From contig JAITPR010000048.1 in the NCBI GenBank assembly GCA_031289315.1, forward strand, positions 1,085 to 65,084: a stretch of 64,000 nt of DNA, given 5' to 3'. Positions 10,104 through 18,970 of the stretch are shown in pieces (the first letter of the stretch is position 1; each line of letters opens with the position of its first letter). The DNA is from Clostridiaceae bacterium (GTDB taxonomy: Bacteria; Bacillota; Clostridia; Christensenellales; CAG-917). The notes beneath the pieces were generated by a model that saw only the letters and a program-made list of their open reading frames with translations, had not been told where the DNA came from and did no database searches. Made by a program: the position numbers and the translations under genes.

Positions 10104-11372
10104 ATGGTTACGATTGCCACGATAGGTGCGGGCGGACGAGGAGAGCTTTACATGACATTCGTAAGGATGTTTCGCGGACGGAGCGCTAAGATAACCGCGC
10201 TTTGTGATATTGCGGAGCAGACGCTTTCCGACATGGGCAAAAAGTTCGGCATACCGGAGAACATGCGGTTCAACTCAACGGAAAAGTTTTTCGCGGCGGG
10301 GAAGTTGGCGGACGCGCTTATAATCGGCACGCAAGACGACAGCCATGTGGAGATAGCCACGGCGGCGATAGAGGCGGGCTACGACATTCTTTTGGAAAAG
10401 CCGATCTCCGGCAATTTTGAGGAATGCGTGAAGCTTGCCGCGCTTGCAAAGGAAAGGGGTGTGCGCGTCGTAGTGTGCCATGTGTTGAGATACTCCGGCT
10501 ATTACAAGGCTATAAAGAACACGATAAGGGACGGGGTTATCGGAAAGGTTATTTCTGTCAACCATACCGAAAACATCGGATACTACCATTATGCGCACAG
10601 CTATGTGCGCGGCGACTGGCGCAACGAAGCCGCAAGTACGCCGGCGCTACTGGCGAAGTGCTGTCACGACATAGACCTCATACAGTGGTTTATGGACAAG
10701 CCTGCGGTTTCCGTAAGCTCCCTTGGGCGGCTCAACTACTTTGTGAGAGAGAACGCACCCGCTGGAGCCACACCCTACTGCATGGACGGTTGCACGGCGA
10801 AGAGCGGTTGCATATACGACGCGGAATATCACTATCTAACGGTGCCGGCGCGTAAGGCAAAGTGGATTAAGTACCGCACACGTAAATTTACTGGCAAAAA
10901 GGACTGCACGAAGGAAGAGGTGCGTGAGGCGATTGCACACGGACCGTACGGAAGGTGCGTATACATGTGCGACAACGACGTGTGCGACAACCAAACCGTG
11001 AGTATTGATTTCGGTGACGGGCAGACGGCGCAGCATCTAATGACGGCGTTTAGCGCGGAGTGCTTCCGCCAGTCGCACATAGTGGGGACTAAGGGCGAGT
11101 TAATCGGCTATAACAACGAGCTTAAGCTTATTCTTTTCGGGCAGAAGCCGAAGAAACTGGTAAGCAAGTTCACGCATTTGCCCGGGCATACCGCGGGCGA
11201 TATAAAGACGGTTACCGCTTTTATAGATTTGCTTGAGGGCAAGCTTACGGACAGTGAGGACGTTACGTTTATCGAAGCGTCGTTAGAGAGCCACCGCATA
11301 ATAATGGCGGCGGAGCAGTCGCGCAAGCTTGACGGAGAGCTTATAAAACTGGAGGCGGACAGCCTTAGGTGA
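10104..11372 (+). CDS. Gfo/Idh/MocA family oxidoreductase
   Basis: 422 aa with an N-terminal Rossmann fold (IATIGAGGRG) and the LLEKPIS motif typical of the family. GAGGAG RBS. Confidence 0.8.
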   Translation: MVTIATIGAGGRGELYMTFVRMFRGRSAKITALCDIAEQTLSDMGKKFGIPENMRFNSTEKFFAAGKLADALIIGTQDDSHVEIATAAIEAGYDILLEKPISGNFEECVKLAALAKERGVRVVVCHVLRYSGYYKAIKNTIRDGVIGKVISVNHTENIGYYHYAHSYVRGDWRNEAASTPALLAKCCHDIDLIQWFMDKPAVSVSSLGRLNYFVRENAPAGATPYCMDGCTAKSGCIYDAEYHYLTVPARKAKWIKYRTRKFTGKKDCTKEEVREAIAHGPYGRCVYMCDNDVCDNQTVSIDFGDGQTAQHLMTAFSAECFRQSHIVGTKGELIGYNNELKLILFGQKPKKLVSKFTHLPGHTAGDIKTVTAFIDLLEGKLTDSEDVTFIEASLESHRIIMAAEQSRKLDGELIKLEADSLR

Positions 11373-11460
11373 CGACTTGCTAGGCAAGAAAATCTTTTCG
11401 ACTTTTTTATTCTTAAAAATAGCCTGAAAATATTTTGTCGCCGCGAACTTATTCATAACC
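11355..11460 (-). repeat. Family A element, copy 2 (long variant; left arm merged with the gene's 3' end)
   Basis: GCGGACAGCCTTAGGTGACGACTTGCTAGGCAAGAAAATC...GAAAATATTTTGTCGCCGCGAAC. The oxidoreductase stop TGA lies inside the GGTGAC arm. Confidence 0.65.
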
Positions 11461-11490
11461 ATAAAACTTTAAAGGAAGGAAGGATTTTTG

Positions 11491-12312
11491 ATGAAACTGT
11501 TGGCAATAAACGATTTATCGTGTGTAGGGCGTTGTTCCTTAGGGGTGGCGCTTCCCATAATTTCCGCCGCCGGCATAGAGGTGGACGTACTGCCCACCGC
11601 CGTGCTTTCGTCGCAGACGGGCGGATTTACCGACTATACGGTACACGACATGACCTCCGAAATGAAGAAGATAACCGCGCATTGGACACGGCTTGGGTTG
11701 AAGTTCGACGCGGTTTACTCCGGTTATTTGGCTTCAGAGAAGCAGGTGGGATTGGTTCGCAAAATCTTAACCGACTTTCTAGAGCCGGACGGAAAGTTTT
11801 TCTTAGACCCGGTTATGGGCGACGCGGGGGTTCTTTATCCGGGTTTTTCGGAAACGTATCCCGCCGCTATGAAGGAGCTTGCCCTGTCGGCGGACTACAT
11901 ATTCCCTAACTTTACGGAGGCATGTCTTCTCACCGGCACGGAGTACGGAAAGATTGGCGCCGGGGATTATGACGGAATTTTGAGAAATCTTCAAGAGATT
12001 TGTCCACGCTCCGTGGTTACGGGTATTCCGAACGGTGGAATGGTGGGTACCGGTTGGATTGAAAACGGCGTCGCGGGTTACGTGTTTTCACCGGAGCTTC
12101 CCGGATTTTTCCACGGAGCCGGCGACGTGTTCTCCAGCGTAATGACCGCCTCGTTGCTGTGCGGCAAAAGCTTTTCGGAGTCGGTAGAATTTTCCGCGGA
12201 ATTCACGGAGCGCGCCGTAAAACGCACGGCGGCAAGCGGTGCGGACACGCGTTTCGGATTGGAGTTTGAGAAGGATTTGAAATGGATAGTCAAAAGCTTG
12301 TCGACGCTATAA
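11491..12312 (+). CDS. pdxK: Pyridoxal/pyridoxamine kinase
   Basis: About 273 aa from ATG 11491. The N-terminus LAINDLSCVGRCSLGVALPIISAAG and the ribokinase-like GAGDVFS motif near the C-terminus fit PdxK-type kinases. Confidence 0.75.
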   Translation: MKLLAINDLSCVGRCSLGVALPIISAAGIEVDVLPTAVLSSQTGGFTDYTVHDMTSEMKKITAHWTRLGLKFDAVYSGYLASEKQVGLVRKILTDFLEPDGKFFLDPVMGDAGVLYPGFSETYPAAMKELALSADYIFPNFTEACLLTGTEYGKIGAGDYDGILRNLQEICPRSVVTGIPNGGMVGTGWIENGVAGYVFSPELPGFFHGAGDVFSSVMTASLLCGKSFSESVEFSAEFTERAVKRTAASGADTRFGLEFEKDLKWIVKSLSTL

Positions 12313-13394
12313 AAAAAATCCGCGCCAAAATGCCCACCATAGGTGAGCTTGCGGAAAAAAGCTTTATTAAACGCGGAGAGTTGGATAAATTCTACTTGTT
12401 TCCTAAGGCACGGCTGCATCTTGACGAATGGATAGGCTATTGCACGCTGTTTAACGTAAACAAGGCAAAGGATGTCGAATACGTAAGGAAAATCCGTTAC
12501 GCGGACGGCGACGAAAATCTTTATCTCAACGTATGCCGTCCGCAAAACCGTACGGCGGGGCAAAAGCTTCCCGTGTTTGTCTACATACACGGAGGAGGCT
12601 GGGTGTCCGGCAGACCGGAGGACAGAGAGGCTTTCGTTTCGCGCATAGCCTCCGCCGGGTTTTTCACGGTAAACGTGTTCTACGGCTATTCTCCGGAGTA
12701 TCCGCACCCGTTGCCGGTCGCCAACATATACCGCGCGCTGAAGTGGCTACGGACGCAAATCGACTTCCCGGAAGCCGATACCGATGAAATTTGGTTGGGC
12801 GGAGAGTCCGCCGGCGCACATTTGGCGGCGATTGCCGGAGCGGCGTCGGCCAATCCGGAATATCGCGAATTACTGGCGTTAGACGAGGAATACGGCGAAA
12901 TAAAATTCAAGGGTCTTGTGCTAAACTGCGGCGTATACGATATAGAAACGGCGCTTGAATCCGGTTTCAAATACATTTCAAGCTATGTATACGCCTATTA
13001 CGGGCGACCGCTTGAGGAAATGGAAGAGGACGTCTATGCGATTACCATGTCGCCGGTGTACTTTGTAACGGGTGCATTTCCTAAGACATTTCTCGTCACC
13101 GCGCAGAACGACCCGTTGAAGGGGTGCGGCGCGTTGATGCGTGATAAGCTGTCGGAGTGCGGCGTGGCGTTTGAGCACTTCCACGGCGACGGAGCGGCTG
13201 CCGTCCATGCGTTTGCGGTATCGCAAGCGTTCGACATATCAAAGGAAGCGATGAATAGAATTCTGCGCTTCATGGGCAAGGAAGAGCAGTACATCGTGGA
13301 GGGTACTCCCGAATACGAGATAGAAATCGCCGAAGGGAGCGTGCAAAGCATAACCGGAGCCGCGGAAACGCCGCAAGACGGCGACAGCGTATAA
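12282..13394 (+). CDS. Alpha/beta hydrolase (family IV / HSL-like esterase)
   Basis: 370 aa with the HGGGW oxyanion motif, the GESAGA nucleophile elbow, and distal NDPL and His residues. GAGAAGGA RBS. The start overlaps the pdxK end by 31 nt; an alternative ATG is at 12330. Confidence 0.75.
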   Translation: MDSQKLVDAIKKIRAKMPTIGELAEKSFIKRGELDKFYLFPKARLHLDEWIGYCTLFNVNKAKDVEYVRKIRYADGDENLYLNVCRPQNRTAGQKLPVFVYIHGGGWVSGRPEDREAFVSRIASAGFFTVNVFYGYSPEYPHPLPVANIYRALKWLRTQIDFPEADTDEIWLGGESAGAHLAAIAGAASANPEYRELLALDEEYGEIKFKGLVLNCGVYDIETALESGFKYISSYVYAYYGRPLEEMEEDVYAITMSPVYFVTGAFPKTFLVTAQNDPLKGCGALMRDKLSECGVAFEHFHGDGAAAVHAFAVSQAFDISKEAMNRILRFMGKEEQYIVEGTPEYEIEIAEGSVQSITGAAETPQDGDSV

Positions 13395-13527
13395 CAAAAA
13401 AGCGAAAAAATAAACCGTCAAAAACGCCCTAAAAAGGCGAAAAAAAGCCCAAAAAACGAAAAAAAATAAACCGTCAAAAGCTTTTGGAAGAACGGAATAA
13501 GAGCGGTAGAATAAGGTAGGAGGGACT

Positions 13528-14469
13528 ATGACAGCGGAAGTAAATGATAAATTGAGCGGAAAGCGACGCGTGCAACACGCGTTGGTAAAAGCGTTTTACG
13601 TCGCCAGCGAGCGCATAGGCAAGCTTACGATTTACGATATAAATAAGGCAAGAGGGCTTAAATACAAGCGTAAAATTCGGTATTGCTCCGACGAAAGGCT
13701 GTATCTAAACCTATGCTATAAGGAAGACGGCGGCACGGAGAAGCGCCCGGTATTGTTTTACATTCACGGCGGCGGTTTCGTGTCCGGCAGACCGGAGTTT
13801 CGTGAAGCCTTCGTATCTAAATTCGCGGAGGCGGGCTATTTTACGGTTAACGTATTTTACGGGCTTACGCCGAAGTATGTGCATCCGTATTCAATCGAAA
13901 ACATATATAAGGCGCTTAAATGGGTTCAGGAAAATGCCGACGGCTATAATCTTGACCTAAGCCGCGTGTTTGTGAGCGGAGAGTCCGCCGGAGCTACGCT
14001 TGCGGCAATGGCGGGTGCGGTGTCGTCCAATCCGGACTATAAGAGGCTGTTCAACCTTGATTACGCTTCGCGCGACTTCAAGTTCAAGGGAATGGTGCTT
14101 AATTGCGGCGTTTACGACATGGAAAAGGTTTGCGCGTCCGGTTTTCCGCATATCGACTATTTTGTAGAGGCATACTACGGCAGAAGCATAGAAACCGTCG
14201 ACAAGGAATCTATAAATTTTGTGAGCATGTCGCCGTATAGGTTTATAACTCCTGATTTTCCGCCGTCCTTTATTATTACGGCGGAGAACGACAAATTGAC
14301 GGATGGAGGCAACGAATTTGCCGAAAGGCTCAAGGAAAACGGCGTAAAAATAGACGTTTTTCACGGCGAAGGCAAAACTGCGGTGCATGCATTTGCCGTC
14401 GCGCAAATATTGAAGATAAGCCGCGCCGCCGTAAAGCAGAGCATAAAATTTACCGACGATATTCCGTAA
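13528..14469 (+). CDS. Alpha/beta hydrolase (paralog of the preceding gene)
   Basis: 313 aa with HGGGF and GESAGA motifs. It is collinear with 12282-13394 (KIRY..D..LYLN.C, FFTVNVFYG, KALKW). Confidence 0.75.
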   Translation: MTAEVNDKLSGKRRVQHALVKAFYVASERIGKLTIYDINKARGLKYKRKIRYCSDERLYLNLCYKEDGGTEKRPVLFYIHGGGFVSGRPEFREAFVSKFAEAGYFTVNVFYGLTPKYVHPYSIENIYKALKWVQENADGYNLDLSRVFVSGESAGATLAAMAGAVSSNPDYKRLFNLDYASRDFKFKGMVLNCGVYDMEKVCASGFPHIDYFVEAYYGRSIETVDKESINFVSMSPYRFITPDFPPSFIITAENDKLTDGGNEFAERLKENGVKIDVFHGEGKTAVHAFAVAQILKISRAAVKQSIKFTDDIP

Positions 14470-14503
14470 TGATGAATACTGTCGGGAAACGACGACAAAA
14501 TAA

Positions 14504-14585
14504 GGTGTGAGGACAATTCGCGGTGACAAAATATTTTGGGTTTTTATTAAATCCGACGAACGCAAAGCGGCATAAAGTCCTCACA
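14504..14585 (+). repeat. Family A element, copy 3 (degenerate right half)
   Basis: GGTGTGAGGACAATTCGCGGTGACAAAATATTTT is followed by diverged sequence that ends in the complementary GTCCTCACA. Confidence 0.5.
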
Positions 14586-14735
14586 AAAAGCATTTAATAC
14601 TAGAAGGTTCGTTCAGCCCGACAATTAAAGGGTAAGGACGGGGCTTTATGGGCGCCTTAGACGCGTCCGCAGAATAAAACGTTTACGCCGTAAGGCGACG
14701 TATAAAAAAACAGAAAAAAAAGAGGAAGATACATC

Positions 14736-15431
14736 ATGGATATTAAAGCGTTGAAAAATATAAGCTGCGGGTTATACCTTATAACGTCGCATGTGGGCAA
14801 TCACTATAACGGTTGCATCGCAAACACGCTGTTGCAAGTCACTTCAACCCCTATCAAGCTTTCGGTGACATTGAATAAGAAAAATGCGACCTGTGAATAC
14901 ATAAAGCGGTCGGGGCATTTCACGGCGACCGTCGTCTCCGAGGCTTCTGATATAGTCGGACCCGTGGCGTTGTTCGGATTTTTCTCCGGACACGACAGGG
15001 ATAAGTTTGCCAATGATCCCGAAGGTAATCCTACGATGGGATGTGCCTTAGATAAATTGGAAAATAAATATGTGACGGACGGCATGAGTACGGTGTTTTC
15101 GGTTCGCGTTACGTCTGCCTTAGACATCGACACGCATATAATGTTCGTCGGAGAATTGATTGACGCAAAGATTTTAAATGACGAAGCTCCGATGACCTAC
15201 GACTATTACCGTAATGTGAAAAACGGTACTACTCCGCCGCGTGCGTCAAGCTATGCTTTGGACGGAGTAGACGCAAAAGCGCCGCAATCCGGCGGAGAAG
15301 AGCCGGTTGTGCCGAAGGTGAAACGTTGGCGTTGCAGTAAGTGCGGACATATATACGACGGCAATACCATACCCGACGGCTATGTGTGTCCGACATGTCA
15401 AGCGGATAAGACGTTTTTCAACATTCTTTAA
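14736..15431 (+). CDS. Flavin reductase domain fused to a rubredoxin-like domain
   Basis: 231 aa. The N-terminus resembles a flavin reductase domain (GLYLITS...NGCIANT). The C-terminus WRCSKCGHIY...YVCPTCQ has the rubredoxin CxxC/CPxC pairs. Confidence 0.7.
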   Translation: MDIKALKNISCGLYLITSHVGNHYNGCIANTLLQVTSTPIKLSVTLNKKNATCEYIKRSGHFTATVVSEASDIVGPVALFGFFSGHDRDKFANDPEGNPTMGCALDKLENKYVTDGMSTVFSVRVTSALDIDTHIMFVGELIDAKILNDEAPMTYDYYRNVKNGTTPPRASSYALDGVDAKAPQSGGEEPVVPKVKRWRCSKCGHIYDGNTIPDGYVCPTCQADKTFFNIL

Positions 15432-15522
15432 ACCGCATACCGAAAGCCCGCGCGTTTTATACCGCGGGCAATAAGGCAATGTATTGGAGAATAAAACGGC
15501 TCAAAACGACTAAAAACCTATG

Positions 15523-15568
15523 AAAAAGGGTGTGTTGAGTATAACGCCTTTGCGTTTTCGACACACCC
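15523..15568 (-). terminator. Hairpin terminator downstream of the 15703-16440 gene
   Basis: On the minus strand, GGGTGTGTCGA...TCAACACACCC is followed by TTTTTC. Confidence 0.5.
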
Positions 15569-15702
15569 TATGAAGCAAAAAAATAAATTTCTAGACCGGC
15601 AAAGACTTAAACCGGCTTGCCGGCAAATAATTGAATTGCCGAGTCGGCAAAGGCTTGAACCGCCGGGTTGGTAAAGACTTAAACCGCTACGTCGGGAAAG
15701 AC

Positions 15703-16440
15703 CTAAATCGCTTTGTAGATTATAAGAATTTCCTCAAGCTCGCGCAGTTTTTTGGCGGCGGAGCGTATGCCGGACAGCGTGTGCTTCAAGCCTATCCAGA
15801 TTACCTTTAATAAAAACGGGTCGCGGGTGTCTAAGGCAAGCTCAAAGCCTTCCAAAATGGCGGAGCATTCGTCACGTTCTTCGGTTTCGATGGACGCTTC
15901 CTTTACCGCCTCGACGAGTGCGGTCAAAACGTAGCGTGCTTGGTCTGCAAGCCCCTCTGCAAGAGCTGCGGCTTCCTCGGCACCCTGTTCTTCGGCGGGA
16001 ACGTCTTCGCCCTTGTAGACGAGGTTAAACGCCTCCTGAAAGGGGCGAACGAGGTTTTCCGCAAACTGCTCATATGAGCGATTGCCGTTTTCGGCGGGAA
16101 AAAAGTCCAAAATAAACTTCATTAGATTGCGGCGGTTCATATCGAACTCCGCAAACAGGCACACGACTAAGGCGACGCGCGCTTTCGAACCTTTGGGAAG
16201 CTTGAACGCCGTGCGGGAGCCAAGCCCGGTAGCCGCACGCATGTACGCCTTAGGATAATCGAAGCCTATCTTACTCGCGTCCACGGTTTCTCTTAGCTTG
16301 TCGTAGTAGGCTATGCATTTCAGCAAACGGCGTATCTCTTTGGACGCTAAAATCAGCTTGCTTGCGCGCAAGTCGTTGCAAACGGCGTTAAATTCGGAAA
16401 GTGCCGTGTTGTCGCCGGATAGCGAATTATTTTTATTCAT
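15703..16440 (-). CDS. Hypothetical protein
   Basis: 245-aa ORF with a GGAGG RBS upstream of the ATG. It is acidic and helical, and I recognise no motif. Confidence 0.6.
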   Translation of the reverse strand: MNKNNSLSGDNTALSEFNAVCNDLRASKLILASKEIRRLLKCIAYYDKLRETVDASKIGFDYPKAYMRAATGLGSRTAFKLPKGSKARVALVVCLFAEFDMNRRNLMKFILDFFPAENGNRSYEQFAENLVRPFQEAFNLVYKGEDVPAEEQGAEEAAALAEGLADQARYVLTALVEAVKEASIETEERDECSAILEGFELALDTRDPFLLKVIWIGLKHTLSGIRSAAKKLRELEEILIIYKAI

Positions 16441-16463
16441 TGTATAACCTCCGAGTTATAGTT

Positions 16464-16639
16464 AGGGAGTGGACAACCCTCGGTGACGACATGCCTGCTC
16501 AAGAAAATCTTCTCGGCTCTTTTTAGTCTAAAACCGTCTGAAATGCTCCTATATAGCTGTGCTACGCCTTGCACTTTCAGACAATTTTATCCTTAAAAAT
16601 AGCCTGAAAATATTTTATCACCGCGAATTGTCCACGCCC
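16464..16639 (-). repeat. Family A element, copy 4 (176-bp composite / longest form)
   Basis: AGGGAGTGGACAACCCTCGGTGACGAC...TTATCACCGCGAATTGTCCACGCCC with about 100 bp of internal modules. GTTAGGGA flanks both sides (16461-16468 and 16640-16647). Confidence 0.8.
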
Positions 16640-16883
16640 GTTAGGGAAATACATTTAGAGCATATTTCCACTTGTTTTATGCTTTGCGTGCGCACATTGC
16701 CGCCCGCCGCATGCAGTCGAAAGCCGACCGCACGAAAGTTTACTCTAACAATTTAACAGAAAACAAAAAAAAAATCAATACATTTATTGTTGTCTGCATT
16801 TTAAGCGATATAATAGGTCTGTTGAAATCGGAACACCGCAACGGTTTTTGTACCTGCGCGTGCGAACTAAGGAGAGGTACTTG

Positions 16884-18680
16884 ATGAAAAGCAAGCTTTT
16901 ACACGGAAGATTTTCTAAGCTTACCGCACTTGTCATAGTCGTCGTTATGTTGGCGGCGGTGTTTTCTGCTTGCGGCTTTTTCGCCGGAGGTAGCACGCAG
17001 TTCGAAGCGTTTTGTGACGAGCTTTTTGTGGCTTTCATGCGGGGTGACGCGCTTTCCATAAACATATTGTTGGAACATCCGGAGGAGTACGGGCTGGAAA
17101 GCGAATCCGTATACGTTTCCAAACCGGCGGACAACAGCAAGGACTACAAGGAGTCGTATGAGCAGTTGGCGGCTATAGCCGTGCAAATATTGACATTCAA
17201 TTTCAAGTCTTTAACGCCGTCGCAACAGGTTACTTATAACGTACTTTTGGAGTTCCTCACCGGTCTTTCCGAGATGGGAGATTATTACTGGTTTCAAAAC
17301 GGATTTTTGGGCAGTTACATGGGAGATAACGCCGATTTGCCCATTTACCTTGATAAGTACGAGTTTAAGACCAAAAACGACGTTGCAAATTACATTGTGA
17401 TGATAAACGACACGGCGGACGCGTTTGCCGATTACGTCGCCTACGAACGCGCTCGTTGTCAAAACGGCTACGGACGCGCGGATTTCGTGTACGAGGGCAT
17501 TATAGACCAAGCGGAAGCGATGGCACCGGACACGGACGGCAAGCATTACCTTGAGGCGGATTTCGAAAGAAAGGTAGCTGAGTCCGGATTGGTTTACAGC
17601 GCGGCGGAGTTGGAGTCCTTAAAGCAGGAAAACCGTTCGGCAATCTACGAAAACCTACTTCCGGCATACGCGGAGCTTGCCGTAAGTATAGGGCAGTTGC
17701 TGATTGATTTCCCGACCGACACGCGCAATCAGGCCGGGCTTTCCCACTTGACTAACGGCAAGGAATTCTACGCAACTAGCTTTAAGCGCGCTACCTCGTC
17801 AAGCGACAGCGTGCCGACGGCGTTAAGTAACATGAAAAAAGCCCTAAAGGATGTGTGGTACGACTACAGCGTCGCCTATAACGCGCTTTTGACCGGTCAC
17901 GACGCGGCGTGGATCACCGCGGGAATTAATTCCGTATACGCGCTCAACAGCTATTCCGACGAGAATATGATGTCTATATTGGAGTCTTTGGAGCAGTCGT
18001 CTAAGCAAGATTTCCCCGCGCGCCCCGAAGGCTCTCCGTCCGTGACGTTGAACCGCGTCAATCCCGCTCTGAAGGAGTACTACAGCCCCGCCGCCTACTT
18101 TAAATCCGCCGTGGACAGCACCACCGCGCCCGAACACATATATGTCAATACGCCCGACGATTTGAACAAGGGGTATATCGTCTATGAATTGCTTTCGCAT
18201 GAGGGCTTCCCCGGTCACTTGTTGCAGCACTCCTATTTTAAACTCTCCGACGCCCACAACGTACGCAAAATTTTAGGTATGTCGGGCTATTCGGAGGGAT
18301 GGGCGGAATACGCGCAAATGTACACAGCTAAGTACTTCGGAGAAACGGAGCTGTTGCCGTTCTACAATTTAATTCTGAAAAACCGTCAGCTAAACGGTTA
18401 CCTGCAAGTAATCGTGGATATCTTGGTCAACTACTACGGATATAGCGTCGTCGAGTTAGAGCAATATCTTGCGGATAACGCGCTTCCGACGCTGACGAAT
18501 GCGCAAGCGGCTTTCAAAAGCGTTATAGAATACCCGACAAACGCCGCCACTTATTACTATTCATACCGCAAGTTCATTGAACTAAGAGCCGATTACAAGG
18601 GTTCGGACATGCAGTTCCACACCGCGGTGCTTGCCGCCGGACCTATGTCGTTCGAACTGCTGCGCAAAACCATAATGTAA
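16884..18680 (+). CDS. DUF885 family lipoprotein (metallopeptidase-like)
   Basis: The ATG at 16884 follows AAGGAGAG. A signal peptide with a lipobox (VFSAC) is present, as is HEGFPGHLLQH, the DUF885 HExxPGH motif. Confidence 0.8.
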   Translation: MKSKLLHGRFSKLTALVIVVVMLAAVFSACGFFAGGSTQFEAFCDELFVAFMRGDALSINILLEHPEEYGLESESVYVSKPADNSKDYKESYEQLAAIAVQILTFNFKSLTPSQQVTYNVLLEFLTGLSEMGDYYWFQNGFLGSYMGDNADLPIYLDKYEFKTKNDVANYIVMINDTADAFADYVAYERARCQNGYGRADFVYEGIIDQAEAMAPDTDGKHYLEADFERKVAESGLVYSAAELESLKQENRSAIYENLLPAYAELAVSIGQLLIDFPTDTRNQAGLSHLTNGKEFYATSFKRATSSSDSVPTALSNMKKALKDVWYDYSVAYNALLTGHDAAWITAGINSVYALNSYSDENMMSILESLEQSSKQDFPARPEGSPSVTLNRVNPALKEYYSPAAYFKSAVDSTTAPEHIYVNTPDDLNKGYIVYELLSHEGFPGHLLQHSYFKLSDAHNVRKILGMSGYSEGWAEYAQMYTAKYFGETELLPFYNLILKNRQLNGYLQVIVDILVNYYGYSVVELEQYLADNALPTLTNAQAAFKSVIEYPTNAATYYYSYRKFIELRADYKGSDMQFHTAVLAAGPMSFELLRKTIM

Positions 18681-18687
18681 ATTTATA

Positions 18688-18721
18688 GGGCGAATGCATT
18701 TAATGCATTCGCCCCCTTTTT
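18688..18721 (+). terminator. Rho-independent terminator after the DUF885 gene
   Basis: GGGCGAATGCATT-T-AATGCATTCGCCC is followed by CCTTTTT, 8 nt after the stop. Confidence 0.8.
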
Positions 18722-18853
18722 ACGCCGCACGCGTCGCTATCTCACCGTACGCGACTATTTAAGAGTTTTTTTCGTAGGAAATCCGTGAAAAAATAAGCTG
18801 TAATTTTTACGCGTAAGCCCTATATAATGTTCTCGGAGCGCAGTGGTATAATT

Positions 18854-18928
18854 GGGGCGTGGACAATACGCGTTGACGACTTGCCTACTCAAGAAAATAT
18901 TTTGTCACCTCGAATAGTCCCCACACCC
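18854..18928 (-). repeat. Family A element, copy 5
   Basis: GGGGCGTGGACAATACGCGTTGACGACTTGCCTACTCAAGAAAATATTTTGTCACCTCGAATAGTCCCCACACCC. Confidence 0.85.
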
Positions 18929-18934
18929 GTTTGG

Positions 18935-18964
18935 TTGACATAAAACCACAAAAAGATTTATAAT
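18935..18964 (+). promoter_or_regulatory. Promoter abutting the apgM start codon (possible leaderless mRNA)
   Basis: TTGACA (18935-18940), an 18-nt spacer and TATAAT (18959-18964). Only 6 nt separate the -10 box from ATG 18971, and no SD sequence is present. Confidence 0.45.
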
Positions 18965-18970
18965 ATCCGC

